A stretch of DNA of 64,000 nt from Balanoglossus misakiensis (GCA_040954595.2 CM082586.2:5814509-5878508), one strand, 5' to 3'. Counted from the first letter of the stretch, positions 49,601 through 63,852 are shown. The notes: generated from the sequence alone by a model not told the origin. Translations and numbers: made by a program.

Positions 49601-52600
49601 GCGAGACCTCTCTAACAAGAAAGATAGTTCTATACCCAAGGCCAAACGTTCAGTTTGCAAATGCATGTCTGTAAAGGAGCATATGCTATGTGCAGAAGTG
49701 ACCCGATTGTTGTTTCCCACTAAACATTTCCTTATTCAGACAAAAGGGCTATTGTTAATGGCTACACGTCATCAAATATGTTCCTTTAAGTGTTACACAG
49801 CTGGGTTAACTACACTAGTGGTGGCGTCATGACAGGTTCTTTTATTATTCACGAGTTTTCCTCGCTCTCTATCTGTGTAGTCCGTGTGCAGAACACCAGA
49901 AAATCATTATATGTACCAGATAAATCGGTCAGTCGTGGATAGGTCGTGTCATATCTGTAGAGTACAGAGAACAATATCGCTGCTTGAGGGGAAGATGCCA
50001 TAAAACGCCATAAATTGCCTTCGAAACTGGTCCATCTGTGAAGCGCTATAACAAATGTTTAATTTCATACCTGCTGCGTGGTATAACGCGGCAATATTTT
50101 ACAACTCGACCGTACTAGATTCATATGGTGAATATACATTGTGGTAGTTGTAACATTAAAGAGATGGCCTCGGTGGTGGTATGGCAATAAACAATTTGAA
50201 GTGAGAACAGAATTATTTTAGCAAATGTCACGATGGCATACATTTTTCATCAATCCGTTTTTATTCATGATTCATACTCAAAAACATTATCTTATATTTT
50301 GTCATTTATCATCTGACGTCTTCGAGATGCATTACGCTTCCTGCAAAATAATCTTTAAACAATGAATCCATTTTAACAACTCTCGAGCAAATCGTTAGCT
50401 GGATTAAATGCTCAGGTTTTGAAAATTATGACTGAAGTTTGTGAAGCATCGTGACAGCAATGGCGGATTATCATCATTACGGAGATATACAGATTAGTGT
50501 GACAGGAAACTATGGATGAAAGTAGATAGTTTTGATTTATGATTGACAAGGGTCACTACATTGTTGTTGCATTGTGATGAAGGATCACGGGCGATACGTT
50601 GTTTTGTTATGAGATGTTCCATGTTTTGCAAATTGCACGGGGACCCTGTAAACAACCTGCTATGAACCGCAGTCCCTCAAGGAAGTCTTTCTTTAGGGAC
50701 TGTGGGTGAACAGAAACGTTGCGATCAAGCCTTGCACACCAAATGTGGTCTGACAGTGTATATAGCTTCAGTTCGTCAATTCCCAGGCAAGGTTTATCGA
50801 GTAAACAGTCACCAATTCCCTATCTAAAACAAAGCTGGGAACAGTGGTGATTTAACCAAACACAACGCTGCTGTACAAGACAAAGGTCATTTCGAACGGG
50901 AAATGTACCAATGGAAATGTTTCAGCTCAGAACACAGGAATGAAAGCAACAGTTAATTTCATAGCTATATTGAAACTCAAACCAGCATACACTTCAACAT
51001 GTATATGTTTACCACTGTCATTTCAATGATAGTGATTATAATATGAGTTTGAAAACACACTCCTGCAATTACCATCCGAAAGCAATTATGGCAGCATTAT
51101 TCTGAGCTGATGTTATGCTGAACGTTAGCAGATAGAAATCTTATTTTCACGACAAAGACAGGTAGTTTACAAACACTTATATTTGGGGTATGAAAGGACA
51201 CTAATGAGCAACACGGAACTTATTTCGGAGAACCGCTCATGAAATCAACTCAGTTAAATTCAATTGCTATCTAATCAATTGCATGGGTGGTCATCGTAGG
51301 GAGTGAAGCAATGGTACTAGTATATAGCGTTTCGTATAGGCAGGAATCCCACGAAACGAAAATAAATATTTCTGGTATGAACCGAGGCGTGTCTTATAAC
51401 ACATCTGTTACCCAAAGCTTTCCTTGACTTGATATTCGCCAGAGTAATTTTGTGGTTCAGCCAATATTGCACTTCGATTTATCACTATTGGTATAGGTAT
51501 ATCGTGCTAGCAGTGTACGCTTACTCCTTCCTCACACGGTTGATATTGTTTGCGCTTTCCTTGCAAGTTGGAGAGGTTAACGTCAGCACAAACACGGAAA
51601 CTGGTAACGTGTTTCTCTCTCAAAGCTTCCGTTTCCCTAATGCAATCATTCTTGACAAGGGCAAATGAGACATTCTTTGACTACGGCTGTTTGACATAAC
51701 ATGAGCTGCAGCTTCAGAACAAAACGCCACAACGCTTTGTCTTTCAAAAAGCAGACAAACAGACGCAGCAGCCATATTGGATTTATTCAAACTGAGATGT
51801 TTCTGTTTTTACTCACATATTTCTTTCAAATCAGTTTAATGCGTTTTGCAACGCGATAGTGTGATTAACTTAACCTTATATCGATCGATTGTGACAATTA
51901 TACTTGTATCAACACCCACCCACCCTTTGAATTGCAATTGTACTTGTGATATCTGCTTTGTTCAAGACATTGCTACAGAGTGCCACTATTAACCTCTCTA
52001 TTTACTTTTAGTCAAAGCGCCATTGATTTTATATTATAATCGAACTACAAGATAATGACAGAAAAGGCGTTTGACAGTTAATATTACTAAATCAACATAA
52101 AACAGATGCCAAATGAAATGATGAGAAATTTGTCTTTCACATTCTTCATTTATAAAACAATGCAGGTCTGCGTTCACAGAGAAACATGTTTATATTTGTC
52201 ATAATATAAAAGGGGTCATTGTACCTTCCCCAAGCTAATTTTCCGGCGAATATCAGAACATTGATGTGAAATGGAAAAGATTCCAGTTGCAAGGTTATTC
52301 ACTGCATGCCCTGGCTCTCATTTCATTTATTTTTTCCCGTCTTCGTTTTGCGACTGTTTCGCTTGATCATGATATGATATTCTCTGCACGATTGAAACCA
52401 AGCACTTGCCTGTTTCGGCTCCACTTGGCTTTCCTATACACACACACTTATCGCGAACTCAAAGACCTTTTAGCTCACAGCGCACACGGTACATTGCAAT
52501 ATCAAAGGAAATTGCGGTGGGACTTCGAGGTAAACAAATATTCATCAACCAGAATTGTGTAGTCCTGTTTATAATCAAATTACAGCACCGACTTGTGTCA

Positions 52601-54747
52601 ACATAGCACTATGTGAAAAACAAGTCAAGTGAGCGATCACGTGACGTCAGAAATGAATACAACAGTGTATATGACAACATTCAGAAACGTTAACATAAAT
52701 AATGGAATATTAATTTTATTATTTTTAATCAGCAAATGATTTTGTTATTTTTGCAGATGCTTTTTGTTATTTTTTCATTAGACAAGTATACTTTAATTGT
52801 CGTACTGTTTATTGTTTTTCTTCTGTGGATATTCCAATGTTTATATTGTTATAGCCCGTCAAATTAGTATGTAAACTGTGTGGTAGGTGACAGAGCATAG
52901 ATACACGATTGTTGTCGCGAGTGTCTCGCGAGACTTTGTTAATTGCCTAGCAACCGGTTGCTATCCAAGAAATACAAGTCGAGCTCTGTATGAAACGAAA
53001 GGAGGTGTAAGGTTTAACAGAGATCGTCACTGTTGTGCTCTATAACACGATGGGCCGTGTAGTGTTTGTCCTGTGTCACGTGAGAATTCCCTGCCATAAA
53101 CTGCCGAGCCACGCGATATCTCTCAGTTTCTCGTTGAGTTTTAAAAATGGTATATTGAATTTGCTTAGTATCGATTCACGTACGACCGCAGTTCCAAACA
53201 TCAAAATAAAACCACTGAGCTTCCTGTCATTGTCTTTTTAAAACCCAAATATCAGGTATCAGAGACCACTTCTTGAACTAGATTTCCACATTTTCTGAAC
53301 TAACAAAAGTGTAATTCAAGATGGTCGACAATCTCTCTGTGAACACTTCGCTGTATACATTTTCTAGCCAAGAGTACGGGAACATTCTATTTCCTTGTGG
53401 CTTTCCAGAACTATTTCACAAAAGACTGAAAAGAGTGTAGTATGAAAACGTTTAAAGTACCTTCGTTATCCCTCCCAGTATGTATATACTTTAACACTTG
53501 GGTGTGATAATAAAATTTATCAGTCCAATATTCTCTGGGAAGAAAAGCTATTTTCAAATTTACATTTAGCAAATAATTATCGAAAGATTCCCTGTTAAAC
53601 GATTCACACCTTACAGAAAATCAATGCAAAGTGAATTATTTCCAAGAAAGTGATTTCAGAAACTGCTTGGCCCGGGGAAGGTACTCCAACAATTTCCTTA
53701 CATGGGTGTGCGGTCTTTCAAAGACTCCCATCCATAATTCTCAGAACTGGGATTATCTGACTTTGTTTGTTTTCTCCACAAAGACGATTAACTCAAAAGG
53801 AAAATTATTTTGATTTTAACAATAGATAAGAATATAAACTATCAGAAATCAGACAAAAACCCATTAAGATAACGACGAAATTTACTTATTAATAAATAAG
53901 CTAAAAGTAAATGCAGAAACAGAAATGATTTTTTTAAATATCTTGCTGTAGTCGGGAGAGACGAACGTTATTCAAAGCAAATCAATATTAAATTTTTTCA
54001 CATCACGGAATACAGGTTGAAACCGTTAGTACTTTATAAATTATGTTTTAGGCGGAAAATGTGCGTTTTGTTGCTCGCGTTCGCCACATAACATTTTTGA
54101 TCAACCTTCATCTATCGGTTATAGTATCGGGAGCTTTTCTTGTTTTATCTAAAATCTAAGAATCCAATTTGATGAATATTCCCCAGGGTTAGTCGCGGCA
54201 CTGCATTACATCATCTTATAGATGGCGCCAGAAATATCGTAAAAGAAATACTGTAATGTATCCTAGCAACACTGATGCACGTTATGAAGTTCTATAAGAT
54301 TATAAAGACTTATTGTACACTATTTCACGATCGTCTTGTCGAAATTATTTCTATAGGCTTGAAATGTGCCCTACGTAAGCATATTCCCATTGGCAAGCAG
54401 ACTTTACATTTGTAAGGCACTAACTATTCACCATTTATTCCATTTGTCTATTTTGCATAGTATTACATTGATGGTCGAAAATGGTGTTCAGATAGTCCAC
54501 GTATAAATAATGTGTATACGTCTCTTTCTGATAGTCGCCTAAGCTAACAGGTTTACCCTTCGCTATTTCTCATCGGTATGTTTCAACTAGAAAAGTATAG
54601 GCGACTATACATCACGCTGTTTCAGGGAACATGCCAACAGTGATTGCTATAGGGTGACTGTACTTACGCGTCCAATAGATCTGCAAATACCAGAACAGTC
54701 AGTGTGGCAACCAAGACTTCCACGGGCTGAAACGTGTCCCTGTGCAT
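37639..54747 (-). CDS. Cys-loop ligand-gated chloride channel subunit, glycine-receptor-alpha-like (about 534 aa)
   Basis: Exons 54747-54668 (signal peptide, less certain), 45712-45507, 45262-45195, 43749-43532, 43344-43262, 41252-41115, 40081-39852, 38565-38377 and 38031-37639; phases consistent, total 1605 nt. Motifs [24 protein letters not shown], Cys-loop [16 protein letters not shown]1 QTYIPS...[20 protein letters not shown]3 AIDIW...LLEFA, M4 [10 protein letters not shown]...YW. Confidence 0.93.
42302..42915. mobile_element. Non-autonomous DNA-transposon-like insertion (614 bp) with 9-bp TSD and internal palindromic tandem array
   Basis: Direct repeat GGTACAGTG at 42293-42301 and 42916-42924. 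Imperfect inverted termini TAGCTCTGCGTACAGG ... CCTGTACGCAGGGTTA. Confidence 0.85.
42311..42910. repeat. Eight 76-bp tandem units, each a 64-bp near-perfect palindrome plus a 12-bp linker
   Basis: Units start at 42311, 42387, 42463, 42539, 42615, 42691, 42767 and 42843. Consensus GTACAGGTCTGTGYGTTCCCGGCGTTACACGG|CCGTGTAAYGCCGGGAACACACAGACCTGTAC followed by GCAGGTCTGTGT. Confidence 0.97.
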
Positions 54748-57700
54748 CGTGGCTGACGAGGATGTGACACGCAAATCCTCTCGTTCCTCATATAATTGGA
54801 CGTGAGGCGTGTTTCACAGTTGGGTGGCCTCCCTAGTTGACGGCAAACGTTTGCGATCCTGCACTGCTGCAGTCAATGCTATAGTCAGGTTCTAGAGCGG
54901 CCGAGTGGAGAGTTCGATCTATATATCCGCACATCGCGGAATGGTGATCACCCCCCCCCCCAGCGGAAACAATGGATTCGTCCAGATGGTGGCATCTTTG
55001 AACATCACTGGTGCGCGTCTTCCTCTATGTCATACCGTTTCTGTGAAGATCATTTATGTTTTAAGTGACATTGTAAAAAAATCCATCGTAAAAATTGCCC
55101 TAACTAAAATTATCAATAATTAACCATCAACGGATAAGTTGTACGCATACTTCATTCCGTTTCTGCGAGGCAATTACCTAATTTCCGGCACGACGCTTGA
55201 AATAAACCCATTTTTCCACAAGTGAAATACGAGAAACCTCATTTCAAATGAGGTAGAATGTTTCTCGATTTACGGAGAAGATCGTTATAAATTATAGTTA
55301 TTTTATAGTCACGTGTTTTTACCAGAAAATTGACAATCGATCACGTTTGGATTGAGTTTTACCTTGTGCCCAACACGTCGATTCACTTACATCGATCTGT
55401 GGATGAAAATAGTCATTACCTGATCTCGTTTCGGCTGTGATTATTTACATGAATAATCAGCTATGAACAAGAACCAACGTTAAGTCCCCGTTAAACAGTA
55501 GCAGGTTCACTATTGTTGGTTTGTTGACTCCATGTTATGTGATAGTGACTCCAATTATTTTTGGGTAGTGTGGGTCTGCCAACAAAACATGAGTCTTGCA
55601 TAGGGACATTTCAACAATACAGTCAAACACATTTCGCGCATACATCACCTGACTGATGTACAAAAAAGATGGAAACCTGTGATAATACAGAAAAGAGAAC
55701 ACAAAACAAGCTTCTATTTTCAGGGGACACTCGATATCGTTTACTGTACGTAGACAATACGACCATCCTAAGGGAAGAATGTAAAATTGTGCCTGCGCTG
55801 GGTGATTGGAACAAATGCCAACAGCCTTGAAAACATTCACGTAGTCAGACTTTTGCATAAATCATATAGATATAAAATAACCACACCATTCACACTGTAT
55901 TGAAAGACATTAGTCCCAGGGGAATTGGGGAGTAAGCAGGGTTAAAATTACTTCATTAATACTAAGCCTTTCCGATAGATCTCCTGGGAGGTAAAGGTGG
56001 TTTTCAACACATTTTTATCTGGTTTCCGTGTAGCTGTGGTTCAATGCTTCGTTACGTTGTACCTCAGACGGTTTAAATTGGTCCTGTCAATAACGTCAGG
56101 TGTATTTAGCACGTGACCATGTGTTATGTGCTCACGCACGACACCTTTTATCTCAGGGGCAAAATGATCAGGCAGCGCCGAGAAAAGACATAAACCAGGT
56201 CACTTTAACACGTTGTCGTTCTAGCTTCCCACTGAAGTCAAACACAATGTACATATACACGTTCCTATCCACCCAATCAGAAACCCTACAAAACGTAAAA
56301 TTTACAACATATCAAAATTGTATATTAATGTCTTATCGCCGATTCATTCCTTTTGGTTGAAAAATGTTAGTTTTAATTAAACTGTGCAGTACTAGGGAAT
56401 CGGGAATGTATTAATATGCGTAACGAACATTTTTTTCTTCAAAACATGAGATAACAATATATTCCAACTGGGTGTATGATTCTTCAATTCCGGTCGCTTT
56501 TCTGAGCTTTCTCTTGAGTAAGTGGATTGAGTTTTGAAATTTGGAATTTCTATGGTGTTATTCAATACCTGTCAGTTTTTGCTCTGTGGTGAATTTTCAA
56601 AAGAAATTGCATTATTTTTACTGACAGAAATGAACGCTGTGCGTGCAGCTTTCAATTCTGTTGCTTACTGTGGCATCCGTTCCCGAAGCACGAATGCGCT
56701 TTAAACAGTGTAGAATAAAAAATTGAAATTCGATGCTTACAGTTTGCATGAAACATGATATCATACAACAGCGATAGCAGTAAGCTTGACTCGGGTAAAC
56801 TTTGTTTATCAAATCCTCCGGAAAGTCCTATTTTTTCGGAATCGTACTGAATAACAAAATGCTGTATGCGTAATAGAAACTTTGTTGATCTTACAATATC
56901 TTCCGATTTTCAATGTCCGCCTCTCAGCCTTCCTGTTACACTATATCATAACTGTGAATCAAGCCTGTCCAATCAAGCGTGGTATCGAGTTTATTTTATG
57001 TTAACTTATTAAATTTTGCAATCTCAATATTGGTATTTTCCTTTAGCAATGATCGATCAAATCAAATTAAAGTTGACTGGTCAATATGGCCGGGAAGGAT
57101 GTGACATGTTATTTCTTGTGTCGTTTGACGTCATCAATAAGAGTGCACACACCTGGCAATTATGCGAAATAAACTGAAAATGAGCTCCGCATAGACAAGT
57201 TTCCAAAAAACAGGGTTCGAATTCACGATAAAATGGTGGAGTACGTGTAGACGAAGAGCGACCTCTGTGTTCAACTGTCCTGTTGCTATCGTTTCTTCGG
57301 GTGTGGGACCTATCATTAGTAGCGTGTGTGTAAAACAACTCACGTAGTTGAGAGAAGATTGATCGCAAAATTACCCCTAAGCAGAGGAACTGTGACTGAA
57401 CACAATGTAGCCGATTAACATCCACGTAAAAGGAGACTGTTCAGTCTGCAAAAGACGAAAAAAAACGTACGCAGAACCCAACGGTTTTTATGGCTCTCTC
57501 TCTACCCTTACCTCTACTGTCCGAGTCGAGATATAAAATATTAAATCTTGTAAATGAAAGATGAATTAGGCCTCTTGACTAATAAAAATCTCATCTATCA
57601 TATCGACCATCTTCATGGCCCATGATATGTATTGTGTGGTGACTTCATTAATGTGTACGCATTGTAATTTAGAAATGAGAAAACCCTGAAAATAACGTTT

Positions 57701-59577
57701 CAGTTTGAATAATAAAGACATCTGGGGCCTAATTGTGCCGTCGATCGTGGCGAAAAACTTACAGTACTGTATTTACGACATTCGATTATTGAATAACATA
57801 CAATGGCGTCGTTGAAAATCTCGATTGTTAGCAGGCACCCTTGACCTCAGAATCCCTCCTCCATTACAGTTGAAATTCCACCAGAGCGTTCCTTCACGCC
57901 GAGTTCTCGCACCAGCCAATTGAATCACTGGGTTATAAACGCTATTGTTATGCAAACGCACGGAGGTGAACTCATTCACTTTTGCCGGTCAGGTGAGTGA
58001 CAATGCTGAACGCGTATTGTCGCATCTGCTTTGAATAGGCGACGACACACAGCAGACTTGTGGTATTGAGTACAGAGGCGTGGCAGAGTGAAAGTATGCC
58101 AGCCTGTCGAAATGGCGGAGTTGACAACATTCGGCGAGATACAGGTACGTGAAATAACGCCCCAGCTTGTAAACTTTGGTAATTTTTTCTCGCGTTGAAT
58201 GGTCTCCGGACAGAGAGAGTGCCGAGTACGTGCGCGACCGCACATTTTGCATGTGAAAGGTGCCGATTTCACACGTAAAAACATGGGCTTGCATTAATGG
58301 TGGCAAGGCGAGGCGTGGTGGTGGGCTGTGTCATTACGCGTTCACAACACAACAACGCTGGGCCACCGTCACATGTTTGGAGCCACGCGTGGAAGGACAG
58401 TGGCTGGGTTACTTGGGTCACCCTACGTGTCCGAGACAAGTTAGAAACTTGGCACTTCTCGACTGCCAAAAGAAAACGTGATATACTGGCGATGCCACCC
58501 ACAAGTGTACCAGGCGGATATATCGACCTCATGCCTCGCCATATACGAAAAATGAACAAGTTACTCCTCCAGATTTCTACTTCATTTACCGACATTCCTA
58601 AATATCGGCCTAAGCACCTTTCAAGGTCAAGATTCTTCGCTAATGTGACCAACAAATTGTTGAGAAACCTAATGGAAAGGATGGAGAAATTCCGAAGGAC
58701 TTTGATTCTCCTGTAAATCCCTTCTAACAGACCTTCTGTCATGCCGCCCATAATTTCCCATAAACGTTTTTTTCTTGTACTCGGTTGAGTTTCAAGTAAA
58801 CTGATGACTATAGCAGAAGGGGCCGGGTAACTTATAAATAGAATTTTACGCCTGATGTCCGTCGGATAAAAGGCGCACGGCTCTGCAAAACCAGAAAGAT
58901 TGCATAATGGCGTCGACCAGCCCAGCTCCTCGTAATTGAACTCTATTATGCGTCTGATGATTTGAACAAAGCGGAGAAAACCCGCCTTGAAAGGGGTTAT
59001 TGTTCGCTAAGCCGTGTAACTATTAGGAGAAAGCATTCTCTGTTGTTTGCTCTCCAAAGGAACGGCAACGCTGGCTCGGCAAAAGGTATATGCATGTCGA
59101 CATGATTTTGGGATAAGCATATACCCTGACCAGCAACTTTTATACACGGTAAACAGTGAAAACCACCATTTTGTGACGTCAGGGTGATGACGTCGAGTGG
59201 AGTGGACGGCATCACGACCCCTGAAGAGTCCACGGCAGCTTACATGATCATATACGTGCGTGTCCATATACATGTACACGACTAGTGATGCGTGTCGTTT
59301 TATGGATGCTTAAGCTTGTGGCCCGCAGTAAATAAGACAAATGTTTTACCTGTATTGTTGGTTCTTCTTGATCAACAAGTGAAGGACAATGCGTGTTTCT
59401 TCCTGGACAGGGGGTAACATTCCAACCATACATTGTACATCATGATATATCACCACAGAGAGTTTTGTCGGCAGTGAATTAAAGCCCCGAGCTACCACTT
59501 TTAACGTTATATTTTAATCGGTAAAATACTTCTCTTTACCCTTAGTTGACCGTCTCATGATGCATTTTATGTTTCAG

Positions 59578-62500
59578 ACCACTGACCTGAACGACGTGGT
59601 AGTAGAGGAAAACCTATCGAGCCAGAACACATCGAGTACCGCTGCTCTGAACAGAAGCAGCAGCGACGACGTTGTTGTATTCAAGCAACCCGCTGCCTCC
59701 AAGCCGCCGGATTATTCCTACCCTGGGTCCGCCGGGGAATCGGACAAGAGAGACGTCATCCGAGTGTGCGGTTGCGTCTTCATTTTCCTGTTCGTGACTG
59801 CCTGTGTTACTGTTGCGCTAGTTGTAGTTTTATACAGTAAGTTTCACCCCAATTTCTTTTCAAATGACCCTGTTTTCACATAAGTCCAGGCTTTTATTTC
59901 CTGGCATTTTGAATATTTCAATTTCTACCAGTGCATAACGAAGCTTCCGCGCCATGCTGTTACGCACAATGCGTGTAATTTGTACAGTTCATCAAAACAC
60001 ACTTGGCCTTGCAGCAGAACAGTACATTGTGAAGGGCAGCAGCATGTGATCCTCACAGTATAGGGCGAATAGCTGTCGTTTACCCCATACACATACACGC
60101 CTCTGCTGCCTGTGGTCAACCAGCGTGGTGTGCACCAGAACACTAGAAGCATGCAGAGTTTTTTTGCGGAAACAACAATCGTGTTTTAGTCAGGCCGTCG
60201 TCCAGTCATATGCAACACAAAACCCCACGGCAATGAGTCTTTGTCTCTGATGATTTATTTTGACAGGGCAGGGAACAGAACCCGCGGGATTTGACCCAAG
60301 ACCAACCGAGGAAACAACAAGTACGTGTATACATGCATTTTCATAAATTGTCATTCCGCCATTTTGATTCTGTAACGATTGCATCGTCATTCATCGTCAT
60401 CACTCACTCACTCACTCACTCATTTATTCACAGGGGAACAGTATTTTCGGGGATCGTTTTCAATCGTTAGTTTTAACAACACTGAAGTTGTGTTTATTGA
60501 AGAGTACAATGATCCAACGTCAGCCGAATATCTTGAGCTGGCGCATCGCATAGAGCAAGTGGTACGTGAAATACTTATTTGCAGCATTTTTGTTTGGTAG
60601 ATGATTGGCAACCGATTTGTTTATTGTCTGTCTATGCTAAGTGGCTACCAATGACTACAAATGAACAAATCGTCGATTACACTCAGATCGTGAATAATAC
60701 ATTCCAATTTATTTACAGCTAGATAACATATACAGTACTAGTAGTCTATCTGATGGATTTTTGTACAGCGAGGTCGTCGATTTGCGGTGAGTTCAATTAA
60801 AGATGTCTACGTGAATGTCATTTATTAACAAAAAGGGTTTCGTTCGTAGTTTTGTCAGGCAATTGATTTCTCTTTTCACTGTCATGATGTTGAAGTACAT
60901 TTTCTTGAAGTTGAAAGTATTACCGTTCGTGTTCATGGATACAGAGGAAGTCGGGTCCGATGAATAAGTCTCAAGATTGCGTGACTTTGAATCATCCCTT
61001 ATTAACGATTATATTTTTTTTACAGAAATGGCAGTATCATTGCAGAGTTTTTGTTAGTGTTTGCATCAGAAGTTGGCCAACAGGCGATCGATCTTCAGAG
61101 TGCCAGAACAGTTCTTCAAGTATCTGTGGCGGAGGGAACGCTGGGCTTCGAAGTTGACGAAGAATCACTGATGCTTGAAGGTAGGCTAAACCTTATGTCC
61201 ATAGAGAATAAGTTACGAAGTTGCATTTCTATTATGAATGGTTGAGGATTAAATCTTCATGGCAATTGAGACGGCTCTTGTGAACAGTAGTCTTATCTAT
61301 AATAATGCATGCAGACGAAACTGGATTCTATGCTCAAACTGAACTATAAGCTTTGCAAACTATGGCTCTCTAGATAGAACCTCCATTGAGAAATTATATT
61401 TTACAAGCTCGGAAGAGGGTATAGCAGACTTCATTTTATTTTGTTATCCGTCTCGTTTTCACAGAGGTCTACAGGACTCCTTTACAGACCACTACGCCTC
61501 CTATCCGTAAGTATGAATGGAGATTGAAATAGAGTGCTAATGAAACCGAAGCAATGAACCACATCACATTTGTCTATTTTTTATCGTGTGACCTCTGTCG
61601 TCAAAGGTCAGCCCAGCTGCTGCAAGATAGCCTATGAACAATGCTCCATCTGACGGTAATGCATATTAAATGCAGTGGATGTGAAATTCCTTAGCGGCCA
61701 GGTCCTGGCTAACTTCAGATAACTTGTTAATTTTTCCTAGCACTCTGTGAAGAAAACGAGGTTGCCTGTCGTCGGGATCAGTGTATACTTCAAGAGGAAG
61801 AGTGTAATGGAACACCTGATTGCTACGAAAACGAGGATGAGATGGTCTGTGGTAAGTACATGTACATTTAGTCCTAAACATAGACATCCGAGTCGAGTCA
61901 GGTTACTAATGACGTCACTTGCCTTAAAATGTTCATATTGGTTCCTTAGCTGAGGTTCTCCACTGAGGAAAACCTCAGTCAAATTTTGACGGGTTGGTTC
62001 AAGATTCGTTTTTCACGAAAAGAGTGTTCCTAATTGAGTAATTCATCTTCAAGTTGGTGCCTTGTTTATGCTGAACACACCTAATGCGTACACTGCATTC
62101 GGTATATTTTCCATCCTTCAGTGAGTTTTGCCGGAGAAGACTCCACAAAGAAAGCCGGGGTGGTCCATGTTCGCATCCAAACTGAAGTATTGCCACTTTG
62201 CGCTGATAATCTGAATGGACTGGTCGCTGACATCATTTGCAGGCAGATGGGTTTCAGGTACATGTTTGTACTTCACTCAAATTATTTACGTTTAACGGTT
62301 TTACCAATTTTTGATGCACTGTTGTCTCACATGAATTATACTGATGTTAAAAAGATGGGTTACCATGTACATTTGTACATGTACTGTACTGTGTTGATTC
62401 TGAGACGAATATACCTTAAGGTATACTAGTCCCTGGTTGATTATAGTTCTCTAGCGACACCCTCTATTGGTAAACGTTGCCTTGTTTTCGGTCTCACCCT

Positions 62501-63852
62501 CTTTTAGACACATGTCACAGGCAAGTTACAAAAGTGACGCATGTCTATTTTCTTTCAACAGAAAATCAGTTACTTTCGACACAGTGCCTGTTGGCAGTTA
62601 CAATTCAAGCTTTGCCGTTCTCAATGATGACATAAGACGCTCAGACCGATGGCTGTCTGCTCTGGTACAAGAAAGGTAAGCATGGCATTATTTTATGCAT
62701 GGGAACCGCGAGAATGTTTTTTTCCGAGTCTCTTGGTTTACCTAAATGTTCTTCTTTCATCTTTCAGATATGAGTGCGTATCGGAGCGTCTGAGCTATGT
62801 CAGATGTGCTGAGTATGGTAAGATATTTTTTATGAAGACTTTTGGAGGCATTTGTGAACCAGCAATGTTTGCTGTCGGAAACTCCAATAGTGATTATTGG
62901 CATTTTCTTCAATATCTGATGATCAGACGGGACAGTTTCTGACCTGGGCCAAACGGTCTGACTGCCTATACTGAAAGTAAAGAATATCAAAGTGTACCAA
63001 AACTGCCGAGTGGGTTTTTAGGCAATTCTTTCCGCTGAGTATAGAGTGCGCATTTTTTTCTGTCTGGAATCGCGTACAAATGACGGTCGACAGGGCCATG
63101 GCTTGATATGTTGTAAAACTCCAAGTGTCATTTACGCTTCTCACGCAGAATGTGGAATACGAACTTCCATGAGTGAGACGAGCAGCAGTCGCATTGTCGG
63201 CGGTTCAGATTCGTCCCTCGGGGAATGGCCCTGGCAAGTATCGCTGGCTGACTTCAGTTTAACTCACACGTGTGGCGCTTCACTCCTGTCGGATCGATGG
63301 CTGGTCACCGCGGCTCATTGTTTCATTGACGAAGAAACCGAGTAAGTGTGCACATATTTTGCTTACGTCATTCTTCATTGACGAAGATAGTGAGTAAGTG
63401 TGCACATATTTTGGTGATGTCATTCTTCATTTGACGACAAAACCGAGTAAGTGTGCACATATTTCGCTGACGTCATAATATTTTTCCACACAGGAATAAA
63501 AATCACTTGCCAAAAGTGTAATCGAAATAGATGTCGCCACGATCATTAAAATATTCATGTGAATGTTTTTCTTTCAGGCAGGTTAAAATTGAACCACAGC
63601 AGTGGGAGGCAAGTCTCGGTATCTCCGATTTGAACGACATGGTTAACAGCATAAGAAGAGACATCAAAGGTATTTACCCGCACCCAGAATACGACCCGGA
63701 GGGTGACGACTACGACATCGCCATGGTCGAAATGTCGCAGAAAGTCGACTTTTCGGACAATATAAGACCCATATGCCTGCCGACTGCGGAGACGATGCTG
63801 GAAGATGGTACCATGTGCTATGTAACTGGTTGGGGAGCAACGGCCGAAGAAG
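59578..63852 (+). CDS. Type II transmembrane serine protease, enteropeptidase/TMPRSS-like (TM-SEA-LDLa-SRCR-trypsin); partial, start exon unresolved and 3' end beyond the window
   Basis: Exons 59578-59836, 60267-60320, 60434-60561, 60719-60786, 61026-61180, 61465-61506, 61741-61851, 62122-62257, 62562-62675, 62768-62817, 63149-63341 and 63578-63852; phases consistent. TM helix, SEA domain (RNGSII), LDLa ([13 protein letters not shown]), SRCR-like (ICRQMGF), activation site R-IVGG, WPWQVSL, TAAHC (His), DYDIAM (Asp), RPICLP, CYVTGWG. The catalytic Ser exon lies outside the window. Confidence 0.92.
63322..63476 (+). repeat. Three ~52-bp tandem copies of an exon-intron junction
   Basis: TTCATTGACGAAGAAACCGA|GTAAGTGTGCACATATTTT... 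repeated at 63322, 63374 and 63426. Confidence 0.92.

Noticed and set aside
57773-58751. Cluster of 100-160-aa ORFs on both strands upstream of the protease
   Set aside because: No recognisable domains, and the donor near 57992 gives a phase that does not match the 59578 exon.
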